NCBI GenBank assembly: GCA_964016885.1
Contig: OZ024746.1
Location: 72,044,001 to 72,108,000 of the forward strand
Origin: Eledone cirrhosa
Taxonomy: Eukaryota
Length of the DNA stretch: 64,000 bases
Reading direction: 5' to 3'
Shown: one piece after another, positions 12,709 through 27,170 of the stretch
How the letters are laid out: every line of letters starts with the position of its first letter
How positions within the stretch are numbered: position 1 is the stretch's first letter
Position numbers and translations under genes: made by a program
The notes under the pieces: generated by a model
The model's database searches: none
Told to the model about the DNA's origin: nothing
The model's input: the letters and a program-made list of their open reading frames with translations, nothing else

Positions 12709-15700
12709 TGTGTACCTGTTGGCTGCCAAAGAAGTTCCCAGACCTGACGGCCTGATAAAAGTAATCGCTTCCGTTATCCTTATGCCTCACATACCATCGT
12801 ACTCCAACGACGAATTCAAAGCTAAAACCGACGTGTTCGCTGCTGGCCTCAGGTATTTGATCCAGCTGAGGATGCACGGGGTGGAATTTAAGGAAAATGA
12901 TGAAACAGAAAGTGAGAAAGTTTCAGAAAATGGTTCCGCTTCGAAATCCAAAAGAAAAGATTCTAAATCGTCGAAATCTAATAAAACTCAGACTGACAAA
13001 CCAACTGAATCCCGCAAGAATTCACGAAGAGAATCCCGAGCGGAAACCCCTTCATATAGGAGCATTCGATCCGACGCAGAATCTCACTCAGATTCGCAGC
13101 CGAAATCCTATACTACAACCCCCTCAGATTCGCGCCAGAAATCCTATACTACAACCCCCTCAGATTCGCGCCACAAATCCTTTGCTGAAACCCCCTCAGA
13201 TTCGCACAAGAAATCCCGTGCTGCATCCCGCTCAGATCCACTCAAGAAATCCCCTGATAAAACCCACTCAGATTCGGCCAAGCAACCCCGCCAGAAACCC
13301 CCCACAGTTCCTCGTAAGCGACTCGACTCAAAATCTCGCTCAGCTTCACGTAATCGATCCGGCGCGGAATCCGGCTCAGTTTCGCGCAATAGATTCCCCA
13401 CGAATTCAACGAGTGAATCTCCCCCGGTTTCAGGCATTGAATCTCGTGCGGGTTCCAGTACGCAATTCCGTGCTGAAACCCGCCCAGGAACGAGAAAGCA
13501 ATCCCGTGCTGAAACCCGCTCAGATACGGGCAAGCAATCCCGTGCTGAAACCCGCTCAGATACGCGCAAGAAATCTCGTGATGGAACACGCTCAGATTCG
13601 CGAGTGGATGACGACACGCAATCCCGACCTGTTTCAAAAAAATCCCACCAGAAATCCTCCACAGATTCTCGTAAATCAATCGACACAAAATCTCGCCCAT
13701 CTTCGCGTAAACCTGGCGCGGAATCCCGCTCAGTTTCGCGCAATGAATCCTTCACGATTCCACCGAGTGAATCTCTCCCGCCGGTTTCAGGCAATGAATC
13801 CCTTGAGGAATACGGTGCTCAAACCCACTCAGATAGACAGAAGCAATATCGCGATGGAACCCCCTCAGTTTCGCGCGATGAATCGATTTCACCGGGCAAT
13901 AAATACCGTGCGGAATCCACTGCGGAATTCCCTGGAGATTCCCCTGAGTATTATCGTGAGGGATATAAAGAGAAACTCAAAGCGAGACCCAAAGACGGAT
14001 CCAAAGCGGGATCCAAAGCGGGAACCAAAGATGGATCCAAAGTGGGATCCAAAACGAGCTCAGGTGCGGGTTCCAAAGAGAAACCCAAAGCGGGATCCAA
14101 AGAGAAATCTAAAGCGGGATCCAAAGAGAGACCTAAAGCGGGATCCAAAGAGAGATCTAGAGCGGGATCCAAAGAGAGACCTAAAGCGGGATCCAAAGAG
14201 AAATCTAGAGCGGGATCCAAAGAGAGACCTAAAGCGGAATCCAAAGAGAGATCTAGAGCGGGATCCAAAGGGAGACCTAAAGCGGGATCCAAAGAGAGAC
14301 CCAAAGCGGGATCCAAAGAGAGATCTAGAGCGGGATCCAAAGAGAGACCTAAAGCGGGATCCAAAGAGAAATCTAGAGCGGGATCCAAAGAGACACCTAA
14401 AGCGGGATCCAAAGAGAGATCTAGAGCGGGATCCAAAGAGAGACCTAGAGCGGGATCCAAAGAGAGATCTAGAGCCGGATCCAAAGAGAGACCTAAAGCG
14501 AAATCCAAAGAGAGATCTAGAGCCGGATCCAAAGAGAAATCTAGAGCGGGATCCAAAGAGAGACCTAGAGCCGGATCCAAAGAGAAATCTAGAGCGGGAT
14601 CCAAAGAGAGACCTAAAGCGGGATCCAAAGAGAGATCTAGAGCGGGATCCAAAGGGAGACCTAAAGCGGGATCCAAAGAGAGACCTAAAGCGGGATCTAA
14701 AGAGAGATCTAGAGCTGGATCCAAAGAGAGACCTAAAGCGGGATCCAAAGAGAGTTCTAGAGCCGGATCCAAAGAGAGATCTAGAGCCGGATCCAAAGAG
14801 AGACCTAAAGCGGGATCCAAAGAGACACCTAAAGCGGGATCCAAAGAGAGATCTAGAGCCGGATCCAAAGAGAGACCTAAAGCGGGATCCAAAGAGAGAT
14901 CTAGAGCCGGATCCAAAGAGAAAACTAGAGCGGGATCCAAAGAGAGATCTAAAGCGGGATCCAAAGAGACACCTAAAGCGGGATCCAAAGAGAAAACTAG
15001 AGCGGGATCCAAAGAGAGATCTAAAGCGGGATCCAAAGAGGGATCTAAAGCTGGATCCAAAGAGAGATCTAGAGCCGGATCTAAAGATAGATCTAAAGCG
15101 GGATCAAAAGAGAGATCTAGAGCGGGATCTAAAGAGAGACCTAAAGCGGGATCCAAAGAGAAATCTAGAGCGGGATCCAAAGAGAGACCTAAAGCGGGAT
15201 CCAAAGAGAGATCTAGAGCGGGATCCAAAGAGAGATCTAAAGCGGGATCCAAAGAGAGACCTAAAGCGGGATCCAAAGAGACACCTAAAGCGGGATCCAA
15301 AGAGAGATCTAGAGCGGGATCCAAAGAGAGATCTAAAGCGGGATCCAAAGAGAGACCTAAAGCGGGATCCAAAGAGAGATCTAAAGCGGGATCCAAAGAG
15401 ACACCTAAAGCGGGATCCAAAGAGAGGTCTAGAGCCGGATCCAAAGAGAGACCTAAAGCGGGATCCAAAGAGAGATCTAGAGCCGGATCCAAAGAGAAAA
15501 CTAGAGCGGGATCCAAAGAGAGATCTAAAGCTGGATCCAAAGGGAGATCTAGAGCCGGATCCAAAGAGAAACCTAAAGCGGGATCCAAAGAGGAATCACG
15601 TGCTGGATCCAAAAGGGCATCTCAGGCGGGATCCAAAGAGAGATCTAAAGCTGGATCCAAAGAGAGATCTAGAGCCGGATCCAAAGAGAAATCTAAAGCG

Positions 15701-16237
15701 GGATCCAAAGAGGAATCACGTGCGCGACCCAAAAGGTCATCTCGTTCGGGATCCAAAGAGGGATCCCAAGAGGGATCTAAAGTGGGATCCACTGGAGGAT
15801 CACGTGTGGAATCCAAAAAGGGATCTCGTGCGGAATCCATAGATGGATCCCGCGCAGGATCGTACTCGGATTCTGGCAGTGTATACGACTATATTTTTGA
15901 CAGTGAATCCCCACTTGTTTCTGACACTGAAAACGCATCGATTTCTACCACTGAATCCCTAACGATTTCTGCCAGTGAATCCCCGAGCGAATCCGACACT
16001 AGTTCTCGCAGTGGATCCCAAGACCAATCCCGCACTGGTTCTCGTAGTAGATTCCAACGTGATTCTCACAATGGAACCTCCAAAGAAACATTAGCGGATA
16101 TGCCATCAGACGCCGGCAAACGTTCCCACCCTCTTTCACGCCCAAAAGGCCGCGATGTAGCCCACACGAAACCCATCACAGAAACTGTCAAGGGACCACG
16201 GAGTAAATCTCGCCCTGATAAGAAAAGGGAAAAGTAA
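12709..16237 (+). CDS. Terminal exon A of the plus-strand BCR/ABR-like gene: RhoGAP C-terminal helices plus a very long basic low-complexity tail
   Basis: Strong acceptor (T-rich ..catAG at 12707-12708), phase 2, joins exon 4068-4170 as HLAN-VYLLAAKE. Open for 3.5 kb. N-terminal 60 aa homologous to exons 25491 and 30658. Confidence 0.75.
13980..15860 (+). repeat. Coding 24-bp tandem repeat (GCGGGATCCAAAGAGAGATCTAGA-like; AGSKERSR/AGSKERPK), roughly 75-80 units
   Basis: Periodicity visible directly in DNA and protein. Confidence 0.95.
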
Positions 16238-16310
16238 ACGATTTACATTATAGGTTTCGGCAAACATTAAACTGAACTAACATAAGAGAAACATTTACTT
16301 CACGTGCGTG

Positions 16311-16359
<49 letters not shown>

Positions 16360-16406
16360 TGTGTGTGTATACATATATATGTATACGTGTGTGTATCTGT
16401 CTATAT

Positions 16407-16490
<84 letters not shown>

Positions 16491-16576
16491 GTATATATAT
16501 ATATGTGTGTGTGTATGTGTGTGCATATACATATGTGTGTGTGTGTACATATGTATGAATGTATATATGTTTATAC

Positions 16577-16612
<36 letters not shown>

Positions 16613-16792
16613 ACATATATATTTATATATGTTTATATATATATGCGAGTTTGTGTGTGCGCGCGTGTGTGATATGTGTGTGTGGAGGAGTATACATACA
16701 TATATATGTATGTATATCTTTAATTTATATGGAAATGATTTCCACATGACTTGGTGTCTCTCTCACTCTCTTTCTCTATGTATATATATATA

Positions 16793-16872
<80 letters not shown>

Positions 16873-16918
16873 TATATATATATATACATATATATGATTA
16901 TATATATATATATATATA

Positions 16919-17033
<115 letters not shown>

Positions 17034-17126
17034 CTATATGTATATATGAATATATATATATGTATATATATATATATGTGTGTGTGTATATTCATATATA
17101 TATATATATATATATATATTCATATA

Positions 17127-17238
<112 letters not shown>

Positions 17239-17396
17239 TAGATAGATATACATGCATATACTTTTCATTTATTAATATATTGAATATTTACTCCAGTAAC
17301 TGTTGAGTGCTCTATATCAGTTATAAACATTTAAGTTTGTTGGAATCCCAACAAATTAAATATAACTTCTACATATATATATATTCATATATTCAC

Positions 17397-17490
<94 letters not shown>

Positions 17491-17495
17491 ATTTA

Positions 17496-17535
<40 letters not shown>

Positions 17536-17677
17536 ACCAAAAGTTTAACAAGGTTCATTGATTAATCAATGAATAAAGTTTTACAAGAGATTAGAAGCAC
17601 TCAACAGTGAGGTTTTCTGGAGTTATTAGTATTACTTCAAAATATTAATAAATATAGACATTCATGTGATCAAATAT

Positions 17678-17734
17678 TTTTTATTATACATATTTCAGAG
17701 GTACTGAGTTATTTCATCAGTACGTCCTCATCAG
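17678..17734 (-). ncRNA. Hammerhead core with stem I broken by the fold-back junction
   Basis: CUGAUGA-ggacGUACUGA..UCAGUACcucu-GAAA-UAUGUA-UA, inside inverted arms 17630-17715 and 17735-17820. Confidence 0.55.
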
Positions 17735-17815
17735 GAAATAACTCAGTACCTCTGAAATATGTATAATAAAATATATTTGATCACATGAATGTGTATATTT
17801 ATTAATATTTTGAAG

Positions 17816-17857
<42 letters not shown>

Positions 17858-18212
17858 CAAAGAGAATGTGGTAAGATACCACCAGATGGACCATAATGCA
17901 CCAGAGTACTCAATACTTAGGGTAGTAGAGTGGGTAATAGGAAAAGAGTCAGGACCCCGACGGCTGAGCTCCGGGCGTTTCGACGGCTAGATCCGAACAT
18001 ATGGTAACACATGTGGTAACACATGTGGTAACACATATATATATGGCTCCGTGTCCCATGTACTTCAATACTCATCCTTTTTTCCATTCAGAGGGTTTTT
18101 AAAAATCCCAACTAACAGACTAATTATATTAAGTCAAATACGGCGTAAGCACATGTTACTACCTAATTTTCAAATTCGCTAGCCGTTTATAAAGAAAGCC
18201 TGCTTTGTGTCT

Positions 18213-18294
<82 letters not shown>

Positions 18295-18310
18295 AGACAT
18301 ATATATATAC

Positions 18311-18374
<64 letters not shown>

Positions 18375-18375
18375 A

Positions 18376-18439
<64 letters not shown>

Positions 18440-18450
18440 TATATATATAC

Positions 18451-18530
<80 letters not shown>

Positions 18531-18583
18531 CTATATATATATTTATTTATTTATATATATGTATCTATCTAGCAAACTTTATA

Positions 18584-18624
<41 letters not shown>

Positions 18625-18716
18625 CGAATGAATTGTGGTAAGGAACCAGATGGACCATAATGCACCTGAGAACTCAATACTTAGGGTAGTAGAGTGGGTA
18701 ATAGGAAAAAGTAAGA

Positions 18717-18810
18717 CCCCGACGGCAGAGCTCAAGCCGTTTCGACGGCTATTTCTGGACTAAATTAGAATTTTTAGCCTGGTAAATAAATAGCCGAACT
18801 TTTCAAGGGG
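18717..18810 (-). ncRNA. Family B hammerhead ribozyme copy (core UUGAAAA)
   Basis: Same architecture as 9657-9749 with a diverged stem II interior. Confidence 0.7.
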
Positions 18811-19171
18811 GTACTTCCTTATATGGGAAGATTGTAGTTGTCAAGAAGATTGGTCAAAATTTGTTGTAAACAGAAATAAGTCTTATCATGGCATTTGGTG
18901 GAAGGTGGGGGTGGCTGAACTTGCCTGTAGAACAATGAGGGAGTGGGTGGAGCCGGTCAAGCGTTGAAAGTGATATCTATACAGCAGATTCTAAGGATAG
19001 TGTATGAAAGTTGAAAAATTGTTCTGGAGCAAATGGAGGAGGGTTGTTCTAGAATAGGTAAGTCAAATGAGAGTAGGAGACAATATAAAAATAATAGAAA
19101 GAAATATTTAAAAAATATATAAATAGCCGTCGAAACGGCTTGAGCTCTGCCGTCGGGGTCTTACTTTTTCC

Positions 19172-19223
<52 letters not shown>

Positions 19224-19388
19224 TGTATATATGTTTGTGTTTATGAATGCGTGTGTCTACATATGAGTGTGTGTGTGTGTGTGGAGGGGGGGGGGTGCGA
19301 GCATTTATATAATTTATATATCTATAAAGGAATATGTGAAAGGAATAGAAATATACATACAGAAATACGTATGTAGACCTACATATTG

Positions 19389-19442
<54 letters not shown>

Positions 19443-19612
19443 GAGAAAGAGAGAGAGAGAGAGAGAGAGTGACAGACAGACAGACAGGTGGATAAACAGT
19501 GAGAGAGAGAAAGAAAGAGAGGAAAAGAGGGAAGGAGAGCGAGACGGGCAAACCGACAGAGAGAGGCGGGGAGGGAGAGAGAGATGGAGAGACAGACAGA
19601 GAGCCAGAGAGT

Positions 19613-19648
<36 letters not shown>

Positions 19649-19724
19649 GGCAGGCAAACAGAGAGATAGAAAGAGAGTAAGAGAGAGAGAGAGAGAGTGA
19701 GAGAGAGAGTGAGAGAGAGTGAGA

Positions 19725-19766
<42 letters not shown>

Positions 19767-20491
19767 TACAGATGGTTTGTGGATGTGAAGAAACAGATAC
19801 GGATACGGAAAGTCAATAGGAGACCCTCTGATGATTTTAGGAAGAAGGGTCGATATGCAATCCGCAATCTGTCTTTCATTGATCGGAAATCTCTTACTTT
19901 CGATTAAAACATACAGTTTTAATTTCGTTTTTATAATTTCTAAAATATTTTGAGAAGAAAAAGCTATTTCGAAACTGCCTGTTTCTTCAAAAAGAAATGA
20001 AAAATAAAATATCTATAAATATGTTTCTCGTGTTTGTCTTTTTTGTGTATGTAATATTCATAAAATACGTTCCTGCAGTATTCGTTCCGTCATTCTTTAG
20101 GGATATCTAAGACTACATTGAGCGATTTCTCCTTCCTCATCCTCCTCTTCCTCCTTTTGCTGCTGTATATATATACATACATGCACACATGTATATATGT
20201 ACGTATGAATTTACCGTACATTTATTATAATGCTCGGTGTGTTTGTAAATAAACATCCCGAATTAAGCCGTACAGTGTTAAGCAACCATCGTTGCCCTTT
20301 TGTTCAACACTGACAAAGGAACGCTGTACTAGTGTTGTTGTTGTGGATTGTTTGTTTTTTTGTTGTTTTTTTTTCTTTTTTTTTGGGGGGGGGGGGTCAC
20401 CCTCGTCGTTGTGATTAATTTGAATCGTCATATCAATCAAATTTATGGCTCCACAGACCGTCGTTTTCGGGTAGTGTTGAGTAAATTGGTA

Positions 20492-20529
<38 letters not shown>

Positions 20530-20756
20530 TTACTCCATCATTACCAATAAAGGACTTAGAGAGAATTCATCTACATATTTCAACTATCCATACTCAATCT
20601 CCCTCCTCTTCTTCTTCTTAGTATTCTTATTTATATTTTTTTTTTTAATTATTTATCTTTTTTTACGCACGCTTATAACTCCACCCTCTCCGGTTTCAGC
20701 AACTATTCGGACACACTTGCACACCTCTGCCTCTATATATCTTTATACCTATATAT

Positions 20757-20852
<96 letters not shown>

Positions 20853-21144
20853 AAGGTTTAGCAAATAATGAAAAAGTTTCAAAATAAATTTTAAAAAATT
20901 GACTTTACCTACAGTCAGAACGACCAAATTTGTTCTCAACGTTAGTGGAGGTAGTAGTAATAGGATATACGTTCCTTCACGCACAAGGCGCCAAGGTACG
21001 CATGTATTGTCCAACCAAATGCCAGTGTGGTTCAAAGGCGGGTTAATAAATTAACGAGCCAGAACAAATATAAACAAGGTTTAGCAAATAATGAAAAAGT
21101 TTCAAAATAAATTTTAAAAAATTGACTTTACCTACTATAGTTAG

Positions 21145-21224
21145 CTTTACCGATCGGTTTCGAATCCCAAAAATAAAACGGAGACCATACGGCCTTCGTT
21201 GCAAAGAAAGATTCTCGTCAGAAG
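21145..21224 (-). ncRNA. Type I hammerhead ribozyme with long stem II
   Basis: CUU-CUGACGA-GAAUCUU..GGGAUUC-GAAA-CCGAUCGG-UA^-AAG. Confidence 0.65.
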
Positions 21225-21307
21225 GTTCTTTTCATTCAAAGAATATAAAATTCCTGAATTTGGTTGGACAATACATGCGTACCTTGGCGCCTTGTGCGTG
21301 AAGGAAC

Positions 21308-21360
<53 letters not shown>

Positions 21361-21550
21361 AAAATATTTGACCCCGGCGGCAGAGCTCAAGTCGTTTCGA
21401 CGGCTATTTCTGGAGTCCAGAAATAGCCGTCGAAACGGCTTGAGCTCTGCCGTAGGGGTCAAACATTTTCCTATTACCCACTCTACTACCCTAAGTATTG
21501 AGTACTCTGGTGCGTTATGGTCCATCTGGTTCCTTACCACACCTCCTTCG

Positions 21551-21611
<61 letters not shown>

Positions 21612-21663
21612 AATATTAGACAGGAACAAAAAACAGAGAGGCAGTACAAATGGTAATATGTAT

Positions 21664-21779
<116 letters not shown>

Positions 21780-22746
21780 CAAATAAAATCAATTTAGTAT
21801 TTCTGAGGAGGACGTCTTACTGAACAGGGATTTCGAGACTAGAAATAGGCAGTAACTACCATGCTAGTCGGTACATCGATCTTCATCCATCAATTGATTC
21901 TCTTATGCTGATTTTACCCCCATTAGAGATAGCTGTAGTAAAAAAAAGTCTCTCTTAACGTATGGCCCGGCATCCACAGATCAGAATGTCATCTTAATCC
22001 TTCCCCTTTGTTCTACAAGCAAGTTCAGCCCCCCATTGCCATTCTGAGTTCAAATCCTGCCGAGGTTAACTTTGCCTTTCATCCTTACTGGGTCGATAAA
22101 ATAAAGTACCAGTAATGTACTGGTGTTATTGCTGGCCTTGTGCCAATAGTAGAAACAATTAATTTATACCGGAAACGATATATATAATGAATATAATAAT
22201 GGTTGACTATTTTTTTTATCTTCTATTTATTTTGTAAACAAATAATACAATATCAAAACATAAAAAAGTAATGAAAAAAATTCATCAAATGATTCTTTAG
22301 CATGGCCTGGACATTGGCCGCGTACCGGTAGGTGATGGCTCGCGTACTGGCACCGGTCAGCGGACCACCACTTTGAGTAACACTGATATACATGACATCC
22401 CAAAATCATTGACCACTCCCCGTGACAGAAAAGAAAAACAACAATTTTTAGGATTGTTGAATATGATACTTCAACTGTGTTTCGATTGCATGCCCATATA
22501 TGGACTGTACCACTTGCAAAGTTCAGCTCGGTACCTGCCATCTTAATACTACTGGTTTAGTTCTGATCTAGCTGTCGAAACGGCCGGAGCTCAGCCGCCG
22601 GAGTGCAGGCTCTTTTCCTATATATATATATATATATATGTGTATATGTGTGTGTGGATATATATATATATGTGTGTATATATATATGCGTATTTATATG
22701 GGTATGTATATATATATACGTGTGTATATATATATATATGTGTGTG

Positions 22747-22795
<49 letters not shown>

Positions 22796-22818
22796 GTATA
22801 CATATATATATATGTATG

Positions 22819-22891
<73 letters not shown>

Positions 22892-23471
22892 GCAAATATA
22901 TGTATATATATATATATATTGGTAAATGGTTTAATTAGGAATAAAAGAGTATTAGTGATTGTATGGGTTAGTATTCAGTTGTGGTTTTAAGTTTTTAAGT
23001 TTTTACCGGTTGCGCATTTCTAAATGCTTTTAACATAAAAACAGGTAGAATTCCCAAAACTAATCAGATCAGAGCAAACAATACGGACACTCTATCTCAA
23101 AATTATTTTTGAAAAGCATTTAGAAATGCGCAACCGGTAAAAATTTAAAAACTTAAAACCACAACTGAATACTAACCCATACAATCACTAATACTCTTTT
23201 ATTCCTAATTAAACCATTTTTCAACTGTGAACAATTTGTCAGCATTTTCTATTCCGTTTACCAATATATAATAACTTGTGTGTTACACCTCTATTCTTTT
23301 AACTATATATATATATATATAGCGGCGATGAATTAGTTTTGCGAGGTTTTTTATATGAAATCGTGTGTCGAAACAGATATTGTTATATTTGGGGAGGGTC
23401 ATATTTGCGTAATATTGCCAGAATTAATAACAGAACACACTCACTGTTTGGTTGGTTTTCGCTTCTCGCTG

Positions 23472-23512
<41 letters not shown>

Positions 23513-23593
23513 GAAGCGAAAACCAACCAAACAGTGAGTGTGTTCTGTTATTAATTCTGGCAATATTACGCAAATATGACCCTCCCCAAATAT

Positions 23594-23695
<102 letters not shown>

Positions 23696-23768
23696 ATATA
23701 TATATTTATATGTGTGTGTATATATATATATATATGTGTGTGTATATATATATGTATATATATGTATG

Positions 23769-23835
<67 letters not shown>

Positions 23836-24089
23836 GTATATATGTATATATATATGTATATATATATGTATATAAATATATGTGTATATGTATATATATA
23901 TTTATATATATATAAATATTTATATATATATATATATGTGTGTCTATATATATATATGTATATATATATGTATATATATATATGTATATATGTGTATATA
24001 TATATATATGTATATATATATGTATATATATGTATAATGTATATATATATGTATGTATATGTATATATATATATATAAATATATTTATA

Positions 24090-24206
<117 letters not shown>

Positions 24207-24454
24207 GTATGTATATATATATGTGTGTGTGTGTGTATGTGTGTGTATAAGTATATATATATATATATATGTATGTATATATATATATATATTTATACAT
24301 ATATATATACTTCTATATATATGTATGTATATATATATATATAAGTATGTATGCATAAGTATATATATATATATATATAAGTATCGGATTTAGCTGTCGA
24401 AACGGCTGGTGCTCAGCTGTCGGGGTCCTGACTCTTTTCCTATAAGTATATATA

Positions 24455-24498
<44 letters not shown>

Positions 24499-24662
24499 AT
24501 ACTTTGGGAGGGTCATGTTGCCAATATGAAACACACGCACAACAAATTCAAAAACGAAATATATATATATATATATGCAAAGTTTTATTTAAATTGTTGG
24601 GTTACAACGAGTAAATATTTATAACTGATATAAAAGCACTCAACAAGTATTTGGAGTATATT

Positions 24663-24860
24663 TACGATATTAAATAAATGGAAACTATATTTATAAAACC
24701 ATATTTATTTCATTATATATATTTCAGGGATATCATATTAAAAATATGGTATGCCTTCATCATGATGAAGGCATACCATATTTTTAATATGATATCCCTG
24801 AAATATATATAATGAAATAAATATGGTTTTATAAATATAGTTTCCATTTATTTAATATCG

Positions 24861-24862
<2 letters not shown>
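24663..24862. repeat. Perfect 200-bp palindrome centred on a hammerhead core (family C)
   Basis: 100-bp arms with no spacer and centre TCATCA|TGATGA. Each arm reads UGAUGA-stem II-GAAA-UAUAUA-UA. Confidence 0.9.
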
Positions 24863-24891
<29 letters not shown>

Positions 24892-25490
24892 GAAGTAAGG
24901 CGTTTAATGTATCACACACGGTTCAGAATATAGGAAAAAGGAAGTTGAAAATGCAATTGGGGTCTTTATTTACAATAATTTATGACTTTACTGATTTCAT
25001 AAGTTTCATGATTTTCAAACGCAAAAGAGATGGAGAGATATATGGCTATGCCGACTTGTATCTCGCATCTAATTGAATTTGGGAATTTTTTCAGCTTTAT
25101 ACAAACAATCTGGCTCTGATTACTTTATGTTTGAAGTACAGTTTGATAGTTTCAGGAAGATTATGTCATTAGGCCTCGAATTTTTTGGTAATTTCGCGCT
25201 AAAAGTCAGAAGTGTCTCGATCCTTTCAGTTTTTTTACAGAAAACTGACTCAAGTTAAAATTATAATTTGATTAGCTGAGGATTATCACGTGATTATGCA
25301 TCGAGTTTTGTGATACTTTCACGACAGATAGTGTTAGTAATAGAAATCTCAATGGAAACGTTTTCATCATCTCATCTGATGCTCGGCTCCTTCCGTTTGT
25401 AGTTTTCATCCAGCAGACTTATGATTAAAGGTGCTTCACATATGACTATACCCCATCCTTACTTTTTTTTTTCGATTTTTTTTTTCACAG

Positions 25491-26937
25491 TTTGTACCTG
25501 TTGTCTGACAAGAAAATACCAAAACCTGATTGCATTCTAAAATTATTCGCTTCCATCCTTCTTCTACCCCTCATACACCCGTATACCCATACGGAATTCA
25601 GAAGCAAAGCTGAAATGTTTGCCTCAATACTCGAATATTTCGTATTTTTGAGAATGAATGATGTAAGCTTTAGCTCTATAGAGCAACCCACTAAACCTGA
25701 ACCAGAGCAACCCACTGAACCTGAGGAACTCACTGAACCTGAATCAGAGGACCCCAATGAACCTGAACCACCAGCCAAGATTTCCGCGCGCACCGCGAAA
25801 TCTGAGGAGAACTTAGAACCTAAAACCACAGACAAAAGAAAAAAGAGAGAATCACAAACTAAAAAGGTGTCAAACAAGAAACATAACTCAGATGGTCCGT
25901 TGAGGAAGAGAGATGACAACGAAATGGCTGCACCAAAGACTGGGAATGGGAGTAGAAGTGTAAACAGAAGTCCGAATAAGGGGGGTGGAAAGTCAAAGGC
26001 AACTCCAAGTAAGGACAGTGGAAAGTCAAAGACAACTCCGAGTAAGGACAGTGGAAAGTCAAAGACACCTCCGAGTAAGGATAGTGGAAAGTCAAGGACA
26101 AGTCCGAGTAAGGATAGTGGAAAGCCAAAGACAGGTCCGAGTAAAGACAGTGGAAAGTCAAGGACAAGTCCGAGTAAGGATAGGGGAAAGCCAGGGACAA
26201 GTCCGAGTAAGGATAGTGGAAAGCCAAGGACAGGTCCGAGTAAAGACAGTGGAAAGTCAGGGACAAGTCCGAGTAAGGATAGTGGAAAGCCAAGGACAAG
26301 TCCGAGTAAAGACAATGGAAAGTCAGGGACAAGTCCGAGTAAGGATAGTGGAAAGCAAAAGAGAAGTTCAAGTAAGGAGAGTGGAAAGCAAAAGAGAAGT
26401 TCAAGTAAGGAGAGTCAAAGCTCTAAGGCTAGTACAAGTAAGGAGAGTGTAAAGCGAAAGAAAAGTCCGAGTAAGGATAGTGAAAAGCTAACGAGAAGTC
26501 TGAGTAAGGAGAGTGGAAACCTAAAGAAAAGTCCTAGTAAGGAGAGTGGAAAGCAAATGAGAAGTCAGAGTAAAGATAGTGGAAACCTAAAGAAAAGTCC
26601 GAGTAAGGATAGTGGAATGCTAACGAGAAGTCTGAGTAAAGAGAGTGGAAAGCTAAAGAAAAGTCCGAGTAAGGAGAGTGGAAAGCTAAAGAAAAGTCCG
26701 AGTAAGGAGAGTGGAAAGCTAAAGACAAGTTCGAGTAAGGAGAGTGGAAAGCTAAAGACAAGTCCGAGTAAGGATAGTGGAAAGCTAAAGAGAAGTCTGA
26801 GTAAGGAGAGTGGAACGCTAAAGAGAAGTCAGAGTAGGGACAGTGGAAAGCTAAATAGTTCAAGTAAGGAGGGTAAAATCCGTGAAAAGGAGTCAATAAA
26901 TCAAGATGAAGAAGAGACGAACGAGGCAGAAAATTAG
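25491..26937 (+). CDS. Terminal exon B (duplicate of exon A) with an 11-aa SKDSGK..SP repeat tail
   Basis: Acceptor ..tttcacAG at 25489-25490, same phase 2. LYLLSDKKIPKPDCILKLFASILLLP aligns with VYLLAAKEVPRPDGLIKVIASVILMP. The upstream intron is also similar to 12640-12708. Confidence 0.75.
25977..26860 (+). repeat. Coding 33-bp tandem repeat (SKDSGKSRTSP / SKESGKLKKSP)
   Basis: Visible 11-aa periodicity. Confidence 0.9.
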
Positions 26938-27136
26938 CCACGTAAAATAGATATGAAAAAATTAGAATATATAAAACACACACACACACACACACACAGA
27001 TACAAACACACATACACATGCGCGTGCGGAGACGAGCACTCAGCACACACATACTAGTACAAGTAAAGAGACAAATATATTTACAATATAATTATGTATA
27101 TATAATATTATACACACACACACACACACACACACG

Positions 27137-27170
<34 letters not shown>

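Noticed and set aside
12897-15842. Overlapping 981-aa alternative-frame and 553-aa antisense ORFs
   Set aside because: By-products of the stop-free 24-bp repeat; only the 12709 frame has a splice acceptor and paralog homology.
13980-15860. CRISPR-like array
   Set aside because: No unique spacers, no cas genes, and the context is eukaryotic coding sequence.
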